Numbered from the stretch's first letter, positions 23,300 to 35,318 are shown. The stretch: 64,000 nucleotides of DNA from an uncultured Hormoscilla sp. (GCA_963921275.4 OZ001293.3:5504001-5568000), one strand, 5' to 3'. Numbers and translations are program-made. The notes: generated by a model from the sequence alone, not told the origin.

Positions 23300-24020
23300 G
23301 CATGACAAGTATAAAGAGCGACTATCTGAGATAGTGCGTAGCCATAGATCAGCGCCACAGGAGGCAGTGATAGCGAAACTGAACCCTATAATTAGAGGAT
23401 GGTGTAACTATTACAGAACGGTGGTGAGTAAGGAAATCTTCACTGACATGGACGAATACTTATGGAAGATACTATGGCATCGGGCGACTAGAAGGCATCC
23501 GAATAAAACGGGCAAATGGATTGCTAGAAAATATTGGGCCATGACCGGAGAACGCCGGTGGAGGTTCTCTAGCAAGTCGAAAGAAGGCAATGAGATAGAG
23601 CTAAACCGACACTGTGAAACTAAGATAATCAGACACGTTAAGGTGAAGGGGACAGCTAGCCCGTTCAATCGAGAGATAGTATACTGGAGTCAGAGATTGG
23701 GTAAAAGCCCGGATGTGAGTAGAAGAATCTCAAAACTAATCAAAAAGCAAAAAGGGAAGTGCTTGCATTGCGGGTTAAAATTTAAGCATGGTGACAGATG
23801 GGAGGTTGACCATATAAAACCAGTTTCAAAAGGAGGTAAAGACTGGTACGAAAACCTACAACTGTTACACGATTATTGCCATGACTACAAATCTGCCAGA
23901 GATGGTAGTAAAAGCCGTATCCATGACAAGGATGGCGAAACTGAGGAGCCGGATGAGGTGAAAGTCTCACGTCCGGTTCTGAAGACGAGTCGTCGGGGTG
24001 ACCCGATGGCTTAGTTTAAT
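23300..24020 (+). mobile_element. 3' remnant of a group II intron (maturase X + HNH domains, DV, DVI)
   Basis: LNPIIRGWCNYY, CLHCG..WEVDHI..NLQLLH..CH. DV GAGCCGGATGAGGTGAAAGTCTCACGTCCGGTTC and end TTTAAT. The RT domain and 5' RNA are missing. Confidence 0.9.
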
Positions 24021-24798
24021 TGTTACCAATGTTGCCAGTAACCAACACTTGAGTTATAATAGACAAAGGTGCGACTCGTTCCGGCGTAAGTCGGAAATAA
24101 GCAATTCTCTCATTATGAGGAACCAAAAAATGAAGCATAATACCAATGCCAACACCATGGTAGTAGTGGATGCCTCCCTAGAAAACTACCAGCAGCTTAT
24201 AGACGGTATCCGGCCTGGGGCCAAATCTTTCCTCTTAGACCCTCAGTCCGATGGCATCGAACAGATCGGCGAACTTCTCCGACAGCATCAAGAAACAGAG
24301 GTTCTGCACCTACTTTCCCACGGCAGCCCTGGCTGTCTGTATCTGGGGAACTCCCAACTGAGTTTAGATACTCTAGGAGATTACGCCTCTACCCTGCAGA
24401 AGTGGAAGGTAAAACAACTCCTACTCTACGGCTGTAACGTCGCCGCCGGAGATGCAGGAGAGGAGTTGATGACTAAGCTACAGGCCCTAACCGGGGCATC
24501 CCTCGCCGCCTCTACTACCCGGACAGGGACAGCAGCCCGGGGCGGAAATTGGAAGTTAGAGTGGCGAACTCCGGGGATGAAAACTCCCTTAGCATTGTCC
24601 GCAGAAGCTCAGATGGCCTATGGGGGCATATTGATCTCCCAGCAGGAGTATCAGGCCTTAAGGGCTCTATACCAAGGCACCAATGGGGCTTCTTGGAGGA
24701 ACAATACAGGCTGGGTTAGCTGGAATTTCAGCAGCTCAACTCCCCCCGATGCTTCTGTTGTTAATGGTTGGCGTGGAGTGACGGTAACTAACGACAGG

Positions 24799-25782
24799 GT
24801 GACGGGACTCCAGCTGTTCTCCAACCAACTGACTGGCAGCATCCCGACGGAGTTAGGGAATCTTTCCAATTTGGAGGATCTCCGGCTGAACTTCAACCAA
24901 CTGACTGGCAGCATCCCGACAGAGTTAGGGAATCTTTCCAATTTGATTCGTCTCCAGCTGAACGAAAACCAACTGACTGGCAGCATCCCGACGGAGTTAG
25001 GGAATCTTTCCAATTTGAATCGTCTCTTGCTGTACTCCAACCAACTGACTGGCAGCATCCCGACAGAGTTAGGGAATCTTTCCAATTTGAATCGTCTCCG
25101 GCTGGACTCCAATCAACTGACTGGCAGCATCCCGACAGAGTTAGGGAATCTTTCCAATTTGGTATCTCTCGAGCTGGACTCCAACCAACTGACTGGCAGC
25201 ATCCCGACAGAGTTAGGGAATCTTTCCAATTTGGTATCTCTCGAGCTGGACTTCAACCAACTGACTGGCAGCATCCCGACGGAGTTAGGGAATCTTTCCA
25301 ATTTGGTATCTCTCGAGCTGGACTTCAACCAACTGACTGGCAGCATCCCGACGGAGTTAGGGAATCTTTCCATTTTGACATCTCTCTGGCTGAGCTCCAA
25401 CCAACTGACTGGCAGCATCCCGACGGAGTTAGGGAATCTTTCCAATTTGAGATTTCTCTGGCTGCACTCCAACCAACTGACTGGCAGCATCCCGACGGAG
25501 TTAGGGAATCTTTCCAATTTGAGATTTCTCTGGCTGCACTCCAACCAACTGACTGGCAGCATCCCGACGGAGTTAGGGAATCTTTCCAATTTGACATCTC
25601 TCTTGCTGTACTCCAACCAACTGACTGGCAGCATCCCGACAGAGTTAGGGAATCTTTCCAATTTGATTCGTCTCCGGCTGCACTCCAACCAACTGACTGG
25701 CAGCATCCCGACGGAGTTAGGGAATCTTTCCAATTTGACATCTCTCTTGCTGTACTCCAACCAACTGACTGGCAGCATCCCC
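24799..25782 (+). repeat. 72-bp LRR tandem array (13 full periods, 14 LRR strands)
   Basis: Near-invariant AACCAACTGACTGGCAGCATCCCGACRGAGTTAGGGAATCTTTCCAATTTG followed by variable xxLxLxx codons. Confidence 0.97.
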
Positions 25783-26084
25783 CAAGAGGTCTTAGATTTG
25801 AGGGCTAGCAAGCAATTGGAAAACCCCCCTTATGTAAAAACCCAGATTCCCGACGTCTCGTTCTTGCTAGGTAATAACCTCAACATAGACATTAGCGACA
25901 ACTTCGGCGACATCAATAACAACATCAACAACTACACAGCTACCGGTTTACCAGGGGGCGTAACGATCAACAGTCGGGGAGTTATCAGCGGTACCCCTAC
26001 TACCGCAGACACCTTTACCGTGACGGTAACCGCCATCGACCAAGCGGGATCTGAAGTGACAGATATCTTTGACATTATTATAGA

Positions 26085-29000
26085 GAACTCCCCTCCTACC
26101 GACCTAGTCCTTAGCAACAGCAGCATTGATTCTAACTCCCCTGATAATGCAGTCGTAGGGACTTTCTCAACTACCGATCCTGACATTGGAATTGGAGATA
26201 CCTTTACCTACCAGTTAGTCACAGGCGACGGTGCCGATGATAACGACGCCTTCACCATAGAAGGGAACTCACGGGAACAGTTACTCAGAGGCCTTGACTA
26301 TTAGCGTCAACGATGTTCCCGAACCTTCGACCTCCATAGTCCTTAGCAACAGCAGCATTGATTCTAACTCCGCATCGGGTGCAGTCGTAGGGACTTTCTC
26401 AACTACCGATCCTGACATTGGAGATACCTTTACCTACCAGTTAGTCACAGGCGAGGGTGCCGATGATAACGCCGCCTTCACCATAGAAGGGAACTCACTG
26501 CAAATTAACAGTTCCCCTGACTTTGAGACCCAGTCCAGTTACAGCATCCGCGTCCAGACTACTGACTCGACCGGGAACAGTTACTCAGAGGCCTTGACTA
26601 TTAGCGTCAACGATGTTCCCTCACCTCCGACCTCCATAGTCCTTAGCAGCAGCAGCATTGATGAAAACTCCTCTGATAATGCAGTCGTAGGGACTTTCTC
26701 AACTACCGATCCTGACGCTGACGATACCTTTACCTATCAGTTAGTCACAGGCGAGGGTGCCGATGATAACGCCGCCTTCACCATAGAAGAGAACTCACTG
26801 CAAATTAACAGTTCCCCTGACTTTGGGACCCAGTCCAGTTACAGCATCCGCGTCCAGACTACTGATGCTGGTGGCTTAGTTACTCAGAAGCCTTGACTAT
26901 TAGCGTCAACGATGTTCCCTCACCTCCGACCTCCATAGTCCTTAGCAGCAGCAGCATTGATGAAAACTCCACATCGGGTGCAGTCGTAGGGACTTTCTCA
27001 ACTACCGATCCTGACTCTTCCGATCCCTTTACTTACCAGTTAGTCTCAGGCGAGGCTGCCGATAATAACGGAGACTTCACCATAGTAGGGAACTCACTGC
27101 AAATTAACAGTTCCCCTGACTTTGAGACCCAGTCCAGTTACAGCATCCGCGTCCAGACTACTGACTCGACCGGGAACAGTTACTCAGAGGCCTTGACTAT
27201 TAGCGTCAACGATATTCCCGAACCTCCGACCTCCATAGTCCTTAGCAGCAGCAGCATTGATAAAAACTCCCCTGATAATGCAGTCGTAGGGACTTTCTCA
27301 ACTACCGATCCTGACGCTGACGATACCTTTACCTACCAGTTAGTCACAGGCGAGGGTGCCGATGATAACGCCGCCTTCACCATAGAAGGGAACTCACTGC
27401 AAATTAACAGTTCCCCTGACTTTGAGACCCAGTCCAGTTACAGCATCCGCGTCCAGACTACTGATGCTGGTGGGCTTAGTTACTCAGAAGCCTTGACTAT
27501 TAGCGTCAACAATGTCAACGAACCTCCGACCTCCATAGTCCTTAGCAGCAGCAGCATTGATTCTAACTCCCCTGATAATGCAGTCGTAGGGACTTTCTCA
27601 ACTACCGATCCTGACTCTTCCGATCCCTTTACCTACCAGTTAGTCACAGGCGACGGTGCCGATGATAACGCCGCCTTCACCATAGAAGGGAACTCACTGC
27701 AAATTAACAGTTCCCCTGACTTTGAGACCCAGTCCAGTTACAGCATCCGCGTCCAGACTACTGACTCGACCGGGAACAGTTACTCAGAGGCCTTGACTAT
27801 TAGCGTCAACGATATTCCCGAACCTTCGACCTCCATAGTCCTTAGCAGCAGCAGCATTGATAAAAACTCCCCTGATAATGCAGTCGTAGGGACTTTCTCA
27901 ACTATCGATCCTGACTCTTCCGATACCTTTACCTACCAGTTAGTCATAGGCGACGGTGCCGATGATAACGCCGCCTTCACCATAGAAGGGAACTCACTGC
28001 AAATTAACAGTTCCCCTGACTTTGAGACCCAGTCCAGTTACAGCATCCGCGTCCAGACTACTGACTCTGCTAGTAATAGTTTTGAGGAGGTCTTGACTAT
28101 TAATGTTATTGATGAAGCAGAGAATTCTTCTCCTACCTCCATAGTCCTTAGCAACAATAGCATCAACGAAAACTCTCCATTGGGTGCAGTCGTAGGGACT
28201 TTGTCTACTAGCGATCCCGACGAGGGAGATAGCTTTACCTACATGCTTGTCTCCGGCAACAATGCCTTTACTATAGTAGGGGACCAACTGCTAACTAACA
28301 GTTCTTTGGACTTTGAGACTCAGTCCAGTTACAGCCTCCGCGTCCAGACTACTGACTCTGCTAGTAATAGTTTTGAGGAGGTCTTGACTATTAATGTTAT
28401 TGATGAAGCAGAGAATTATTCTCCTACTGATATAATTCTTAGCAGCAGCATCAATATCAACGAAAACTCCCCAGCCAATACTGTCGTGGGGACTTTCGGA
28501 ACTACTGACCCCGATAATGGAGATACCTTTACCTACCAGTTAATCTCCGGCTTTGGTGCCGATGATAACGCTGCCTTCACCATAGTAGGGAACCAACTGC
28601 GAATTAACAGTTCCCCTGACTTTGAGACTCAGTCGAGTTACAGCCTCCGCGTCCAGACTACTGACTCGACTGGGAACAGTTACTCGGAGGTCTTGATTAT
28701 TAACGTCAACGATGTCGGCGAGTCTCCTACCGACCTAGTCCTTAGTAGCAGCAGCATCAATGAAGATTCCCTATTGGGTGCAGTTGTAGGGACTTTCGGA
28801 ACTACTGACCCCGATAATGGAGATACCTTTACTTACCAGTTAATCTCGGGCTTTGGTGATGATGATAACGCTGCTTTCATCATAGTGGGGGACCAACTGC
28901 GAATTAACAGTTCTCCGGATTTTGAGACTCAGGAGATTTACAGGATATTCGTTCGGACTACCGACTCGACTGGGAACAGTTACTCGGAGGCTTTGATTAT

Positions 29001-29330
29001 TAATGTGAACAATGTTGCTGAGTCTCCTACTGATATAGTTCTTAGTAATGGCAGCATTAATTCTAATTCCCGTGTGGGTGCGATCGTGGGGACTTTCGGA
29101 ACTAGCGATCCGGACGGGGGAAATACTTTTACCTACGGGTTAATCTCGGGTTTTGGTGACGATGATAACGCTGCTTTCACTATAGTAGGGGACCAACTGC
29201 TAATTAATAGTTCTCCGGCTTTGGAGATGAGGTCGAGTTACAGTATCCGCGTTCAGACTATTGACGTTACTGGGGCCAGTTACTCGGAGGCTTTGATTAT
29301 TAATGTGAACAATGTTGCCGAGTCTCCTAC
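26085..29330 (+). repeat. About 300-bp cadherin-domain tandem repeats
   Basis: Recurrent GACTTTGAGACCCAGTCCAGTTACAGCATCCGCGTCCAGACTACTGA at 300-bp spacing. Confidence 0.93.
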
Positions 29331-29643
29331 TGACCTTAACTTCAGCAATACTCGTCAACCCCTAACTTTCAACCCCCAACCCCTAACTTTATCACTCTTT
29401 GAGAAGGAGGAGGAGGACACTCTGATCGGCCGGGAGGGAAGAGATCGCGTCTACGGAAACCATGGAAGCGATCGTCTCTACGAAGGATCAGAGGCCAATA
29501 TTTTTGTTCTGAAGTCGGACATGATGGGTACTATCATGGACTTTGAAGATTATACGCACGGGGCTGGACGCGATCGGGCTGGACGCGATTTTTCCGGAAC
29601 GGTAGATTTGGCGATCGTCTCTCAGGGCCTAGATGTTAAACTC

Positions 29644-29964
29644 GGAGTAAGTTTTTTTGCTCACCCCTGTTCTGTAGTAGTTAGCCCATTCCCGGATTAC
29701 TGGGTTTAACCTGCTTATTAGTGCCGCCTGTGGGGCTGCTTTGTGGTTGGTTACTATCCTTGCTAACTCTTTGTTGTGCCTATCTATGGATTTCTTACTG
29801 GGTTTGATGAGAGTTTTGTATCCTAGAAGTTTTCCATGTGCATTTTTGCCCGTATGGTATTTACCTACCTCATATTGCCTGACGTTGAATCCGAGAAAAT
29901 CAAATCCCGGGTTATCGCCGTTCAGCGTATGGGTTATTTTCGTTTTTTCGGGCTTGATATCCAT
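29644..29964 (-). mobile_element. Internal fragment of a group II intron RT/maturase
   Basis: IKPEKTKITH..GFDFLGFNVRQY..KTLIKPSK..LNPVIREWANYY. Fused by deletion to both neighbours. Confidence 0.88.
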
Positions 29965-30629
29965 AGCACATAGCCCACACCCCGCACGGTTTGGATTAGG
30001 CGCTTTTCTTGGTTGGCTTCTAGTTTCAGGCGCAGATAGCGGATGTATACTTCAATTATATTAGAATCTCCCATGAAGTCGTAACCCCAGACCTTGTCCA
30101 AGATTTGAGCGCGGGTGAGAACCTGCCAGGGATGGGCCATCAGATATTCTAGCAGATCGAATTCTTTCGCTGTCAGTTCGATTAATCTTTTGCCCCGATA
30201 CACTTCCCGCGATCGCCTATCTAATTTCAAATCTTCATATTCCCACATTTGCGGGTCTGCTTCTTGGGTGCGGCGGAGGTGGGCGCGGACTCTGGCTAGC
30301 AACTCTTCAATGCTGAAGGGTTTGACTACGTAGTCATCGGCACCGGTGTCTAATCCCGTCACCCGATCGAGCACTTCATCTTTAGCAGTTAAGATAATCA
30401 CGGGCACTTGATTGCCAGTACTGCGCAGGCGGCGGCAGATCTCCACACCGCTGATCCCCGGCAGCATCCAGTCGAGAATGACTAAATCAAGTTTAGCTTC
30501 CCGCACTGCTGTCAGTCCGCTTAAGCCGTCCTGGGCTACAGTGACTTGATAGCCTTCGTAGCCCAGTTCTAAGTCGATAAATTTTGCCAGTTTTGCTTCA
30601 TCTTCTACCACTAGGATATGTGATGTCAT
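29934..30629 (-). CDS. OmpR-family response regulator
   Basis: ILVVEDE, LDWMLP, GADDYVVKPF and IQTVRGVGY. The last codons come from the intron fragment. Confidence 0.92.
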   Translation of the reverse strand: MTSHILVVEDEAKLAKFIDLELGYEGYQVTVAQDGLSGLTAVREAKLDLVILDWMLPGISGVEICRRLRSTGNQVPVIILTAKDEVLDRVTGLDTGADDYVVKPFSIEELLARVRAHLRRTQEADPQMWEYEDLKLDRRSREVYRGKRLIELTAKEFDLLEYLMAHPWQVLTRAQILDKVWGYDFMGDSNIIEVYIRYLRLKLEANQEKRLIQTVRGVGYVLWISSPKKRK

Positions 30630-30699
30630 GGCATGAGGGAATGTATGAAGACTATCGATCGATCGCTTGCTGGAGATCCCCTCCAAACCCCCCTTAGTA

Positions 30700-30822
30700 G
30701 ATGCTGTGGGCGAATTACCAATTCATGGCGTTCATCAGGGGGGAGGGAGGGGAAAGTTAAGCGCCATCAGCATTTGAGGCTGATTTTGGGTCATACCTTT
30801 CAGTTAATTATCCCACAGTATC
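30700..30822. mobile_element. 123-bp MITE
   Basis: IRs GATGCTGTGGGCGAATTA / TAATTATCCCACAGTATC, flanked by a TTAGTA duplication. Confidence 0.75.
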
Positions 30823-31578
30823 TTAGTAAGGGGGGCTTTGAGAGTTCTCACTCTCGTTTCCTGGCTCGGCCAGGAAACGACGCTCTAGAGGATCTGTCTC
30901 CTGAGCGCGATATATTCTGGAGACAGAATATATTTGGTCCGATCCTGTTCTACTGATTATACCCTATTGCACAATCTTTTCATAGGAATATCGCCATGTC
31001 AAGCAGAGGTCCGGTGAATTTCAGACATAATAAGGGTTGAGCGCGATTTACCAGAGATCGCACTAATTTTAGAACTGCTATATTTTTTTCTATATTTTTC
31101 GCGGTAACGACTACCACGATCGCATCAGTCCCTTTAATCTGAGCCAACCCTGTTTCTGATCGCTTATATGTATTCTGCGCTACAGAAAATATCCTGATTC
31201 GGTGCTAAATTAACCTATAGTCTAGGGAACAAGTGCCTGACCGAATATTCTCATGGGTAAGCCCCTCATCGGACAAAGTGCGATCGCCCCCTATTCCGAG
31301 ACAGGCAATATTCTTGGACTGCGGGGGGCGAGGGTCAAACAACCTACAGTATTATGACTAATCATCTATGTCTCCTGTGTGCCGTATCCCTTGCGGGAGC
31401 GTAGTGTGCAGCCATGTACCCTGGGACAAGAGCTCTGGCAGAGACATCGAACGGACTTTATATTACATCTGGAAAGCAAAGATATCGCCTTCTGGTGATG
31501 CCTACTTGACTATCTCTGATTTTTCCGGAACGGTAGCAGGGCTTCTTAAGGACTAAAGTCCTTACTACGAACCTATCT

Positions 31579-31806
31579 TTAAGCCTCAACCACTCGTAAC
31601 CATCCTCGTTTCACTGCATGAAATAGACGGTTAACTAGCTTAGCTTCGCTCAGTGCTTGATTTACTCTTATCAATTCCCACTGTCGCAATTCATGCTTGC
31701 TAATTCTCCCGGAATCGTAAATATCAGAAAATTGCTCCGCCAGACTAGACTTGCAGAAAAAATATTTACTGTCCATCCCTTGCCAATAATCCTTTGCTAA
31801 CGCCAA
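31579..31806 (-). CDS. Small cyanobacterial hypothetical protein
   Basis: IYDSGRIS...LVNRLFHAVKRGWLRVV resembles small conserved cyanobacterial proteins. The start is uncertain. Confidence 0.5.
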   Translation of the reverse strand: MALAKDYWQGMDSKYFFCKSSLAEQFSDIYDSGRISKHELRQWELIRVNQALSEAKLVNRLFHAVKRGWLRVVEA

Positions 31807-32181
31807 AAAATAGAAGCGCTGTTTCTATCTTAATACGATCGATCCGATTCTAGTACAGAAAATATACTGATTTTTGCTCCCGTATATTCCGGTAACATTT
31901 GCCTCCTGCTCTGCTCAAACTGGTTTCCTAAAGCATCGTCTCGAAGGGCTAATTCCCACAACCGCACGGTCTCCCGGTGCGATGTCGAGACACCACGCAC
32001 AATTACAGTCTGAATGTAGTTGTTAATTGTTGATTTTTTATAGTTATTTTATAGCCATAAATAGTCATATATTATTGATTACCTTTTCAATTTTACATTC
32101 TCAATTGTTAAATTTTAACTATGCTGGTAACATCCCCAAACTATGACACAGCAATTGTTTGAGTTATCACTCCTGTGCTGA

Positions 32182-33680
32182 TTATGGGGCTGACTGTGCG
32201 GGTAACCAGACTGTAAAGGTGCTCCCTTCACCTAACTTGGATAGCACCGTGACGCGACCACCCATTCCTTCCACTAGGGTTTTGACGATCGACAAACCCA
32301 AACCGGTCCCGCCAGTTGCCCGGGCCCTGGTTTCATCTACCCGATAAAATCTCTCAAAGATGCGGGTTTGGTCTGGCAGGGGTATACCACATCCAGTGTC
32401 GCAGACGGCAATTGATGCCTGGGAACCTGGCGATCTAACTTAACCGTCACCGGTTTGTCCGGATCGGAATATTTTACCGCATTGTCAATCAGATTCAGCA
32501 GCACCTGTTTGAGACGATGGCAATCTGCTACTACCTCGTGAGCTCCTTTGTCTGCGGACAGGATAATTTGACGATTACTATATTGTCGTGCCATCCCCAC
32601 TACTTCTGACAATAAATCATTCAGCATGACTACCTCTAGCTGAAAGTGGATGTGACCGCTATCTGCCCTGACTAAGTCGAGTAAATCCTGCAATAATTGG
32701 ATGGTCCGATCGGCCTCTCCCGCCGCCGTTGCCAAGGCTTCTCGCTGAGGTTCTGTTAAGTTAGCACCCCGTCTGAGGGTACTTTGAACATATCCTGCCA
32801 CAATAGTCAAGGGCGTGCGCAACTCGTGGGAGACATTGCTGACAAATTGTCGCTGTTGTTCCCAAGATTCAGACAGGCGAGATAACATGATGTCCAGGGT
32901 ACTGGCTAATTCTCTCACCTCGCTGGGAGCCCTGTCTAGCTGTACCCGTGCCTTACCTAAATCAGCAGCGGAAATGGCCCCTGCATACTGAGATATCTGT
33001 CGCACCGGTTCTAGCGATCGCTTGACGTACAGGGCAATGGCCACAGTTATGAGGGCGATCCCCAATATTGTAGCAATCAACAAACTATCCACCATTGAAT
33101 TTAGCATCAGGCGATCTGAGGTAATATCCTGAGCGACATATAATTGACCTAGCTTTCTACCCTGTACCACCAATGTACCGCTACAAATTGCCATATATTG
33201 GTCATTGATGGCATATACTCGAGGGGCCATCTGTTGATTATCAATAGATATTAAAGCCGTATATTCCTGACGGTCAACTGCCAATATCGCTGATTTCGTG
33301 AGAATGTTGCCATCCGCAGTTTTTACCCACAGAAATATATCCTTTGTGTTACTCTCATCAATTGCATGTTGTAATCCTATCTCTAGCGGTAACTGTTGGC
33401 TATATGTTTCCACATCCCCGGGAAAGCGATCGGCAACATATTGGATATTCTGCTTGTGAGTGTAAATTAGCTGCTGATGCATTTTCATGCTAGTATAAAG
33501 GGAAAGGCTGCCCAGTCCCACCGCCGAAACCGCAGCAATACCTACTGTCAGGCGAAACTGTAGCGAATTTGGGTCGAGCGGCCCTGCCAACTTCTGGCGT
33601 ACAATTAGGGTGGAGCGGCCCTGGCTGCGCCCTACCCAGAGTTGAGAGATTTTTGGGTGCCAAATACTGAGAAATTTCAT
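32182..33680 (-). pseudogene. HAMP sensor histidine kinase, frameshifted in the ATPase domain
   Basis: SHELRTPL and NLIDNAVKYS. After a shift at about 32425 it reads VCDTGCGIP..IFERFYRVD..GGTGLGLSIV..GEGSTF. Confidence 0.88.
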
Positions 33681-33875
33681 AATATCAGTATTTCAGATCA
33701 ACTTTTGTTGCTTTCACTCTTTCAGTTTAACAAGCGATTCTGAGAAAAACATGATATAATTATGAGGATTTGGTATGAAGCAGGGAGAGGGAGAGGAGAG
33801 GCGGAGAAGCTAAAGGAGACAGCTTAGCAACTAACAACTAACAACTAACAACTGACAACAACAACTGACAATAAA

Positions 33876-34517
33876 ATGAATATTTTCCTGCAAGCTTATG
33901 AATATGCGGCTAATAATCCAGAGGATCTGATGAAAGCGCTACAGGAACATCTGCTACTGGTAGCAGTGCCACTGGCTATTAGCTTAGTTGTGGGTTTACC
34001 CTTGGGATGGCTTTCTTCGCGATCAGCCACTGTCTCGACTATTGTCATTAATACTTTCAACTCCCTGCGAGTAATTCCCAGTCTGGCAATTTTGTTCCTA
34101 GCTATCCCCTATTTTGGACTTAGCTTCCAATCAGCGGCGATCGCCCTGACGATTTTAGCCATGCCACCCATTTTGATTAGCACGGATGTCGCCTTCCGCA
34201 CGATCGATCCCGCCATTGTTGAAGCAGCCTATGGCATGGGAATGCTACCGGCACAAGTGCTGCGCCAGATTGAAATACCCTTAGCCCTGCCCGCGATCGT
34301 AGCTGGGATTAAAACAGCTACCGTGGAAGTCATTGCCAGTGCCACTCTAGCTGCTTTTATCGGTGCTGGCGGATTAGGATCCTCGATCGTTCTGGGCTTT
34401 GCCCTCTATGATAATTCCGTTCTACTGGTGGGTGCCATTCCCGTCGCCATCCTCGCACTGACTACTGAAGTCAGTCTCAGTGCTTTACAACGATTCTTAC
34501 AACCCCCCGTGACTTAA
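33876..34517 (+). CDS. Osmoprotectant (Opu/Osm-type) ABC permease
   Basis: IPSLA, EAAYGMGM, LAAFIGAGGLG. Confidence 0.9.
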   Translation: MNIFLQAYEYAANNPEDLMKALQEHLLLVAVPLAISLVVGLPLGWLSSRSATVSTIVINTFNSLRVIPSLAILFLAIPYFGLSFQSAAIALTILAMPPILISTDVAFRTIDPAIVEAAYGMGMLPAQVLRQIEIPLALPAIVAGIKTATVEVIASATLAAFIGAGGLGSSIVLGFALYDNSVLLVGAIPVAILALTTEVSLSALQRFLQPPVT

Positions 34518-34597
34518 GTAACGCTAAGACTGTAGTTGGTTATTGCAATTTGCGAATGGACATGAATAAATAAATCTACCTTTCTCAATTCTCAATT

Positions 34598-35221
34598 CTA
34601 AGTCTTGCTAACCCGCCTGCTGGGATTAGCTAACCGTTCTAGTGCCAACAAGCCGCCATTAATAGCAAAAGCCAGGAGAGAAACGGAGATCGTTCCAGTT
34701 GTAATTTTATCATTACGATTTTGAGCAATGCCATCAAACAGGAGAACACCCAGTCCTCCCGCACCAAACTTTGCCCCAACAGTAGCAATAGCAATACCGA
34801 CAATTGCTGCGATCCGCAACCCGGCGATAAAAATCGGCAATATCAGTGGCACCTGCACCCACCACCACCGCTGCCAAGGATTCATCCCCATGCCCCGCGC
34901 TGCTTCGCTAATTGTAGCAGGAATCGATTCTAGTCCTACTACCAGATTCCTTACCAGAATCACTTGGGCATAGATAACCATACCAGCAATCACTGAGGCC
35001 GGATTTAACCCAAAAATTGGCACTAGGAGAATAATTAGTGCTAGACTCGGGATGGTGTAGAAGACGCCCAGCAACCCGATCGCTAGTACTTTCAACCAGC
35101 GGTAGCGCGTGACTAGCAATCCTATAGGTAAAGCGATCGAGACGGCGATCGCCAGGGTCGTGCCAATTAATAGCAGATGTTCCAGCAGGAGACTCCCAAC
35201 ATTCTTAATTATATAGCTCAC
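34598..35221 (-). CDS. Osmoprotectant ABC permease
   Basis: YTIPSLAL, EAARGMGM, GAGGLG. Confidence 0.9.
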   Translation of the reverse strand: MSYIIKNVGSLLLEHLLLIGTTLAIAVSIALPIGLLVTRYRWLKVLAIGLLGVFYTIPSLALIILLVPIFGLNPASVIAGMVIYAQVILVRNLVVGLESIPATISEAARGMGMNPWQRWWWVQVPLILPIFIAGLRIAAIVGIAIATVGAKFGAGGLGVLLFDGIAQNRNDKITTGTISVSLLAFAINGGLLALERLANPSRRVSKT

Positions 35222-35318
35222 GGTAATTTGTCAATGGTTAATTGTTAATTGTAAATTTACATAATAATATATTCTTCGCATTATTTACCTTAATACCGTA
35301 GGTTTGGTTAAGGTAAGC

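Larger units (their letters stand above)
24130..29643 (+). pseudogene. Large surface protein: DUF4347 - 14 LRR - Ig (He_PIG) - about 11 cadherin repeats - degenerate RTX tail. The first frame is open to 26304.
   Basis: HLLSHGSPG..LLYGCNVAAG (DUF4347), plant-type LRRs, ATGLPGG..ISGTPT, DPD..FTYQLV..PDFETQSSYSIRV. A 74-bp deletion at about 26272, a 1-bp loss at about 26873, and a 3' end fused to intron sequence. Confidence 0.88.

Noticed and set aside
24069..24096. GTGCGACTCGTT plus hairpin as a group II intron 5' end
   Set aside because: It is too short and has no downstream intron domains, so it may be chance or a tiny relic.
23998..24129. N-terminal extension of the LRR protein in the ORF track
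   Set aside because: It begins inside intron domain VI. ATG 24130 has a GAGG RBS.
24799..25782. Canonical diversity-generating retroelement target
   Set aside because: No template repeat, avd or DGR RT is visible. Synonymously mutable adenines in the scaffold (CAA, TTA) are invariant. The nearby RT-like pieces are group II intron fragments.
24651..25811. Long minus-strand repetitive ORFs
   Set aside because: They are antisense shadows of the LRR array.
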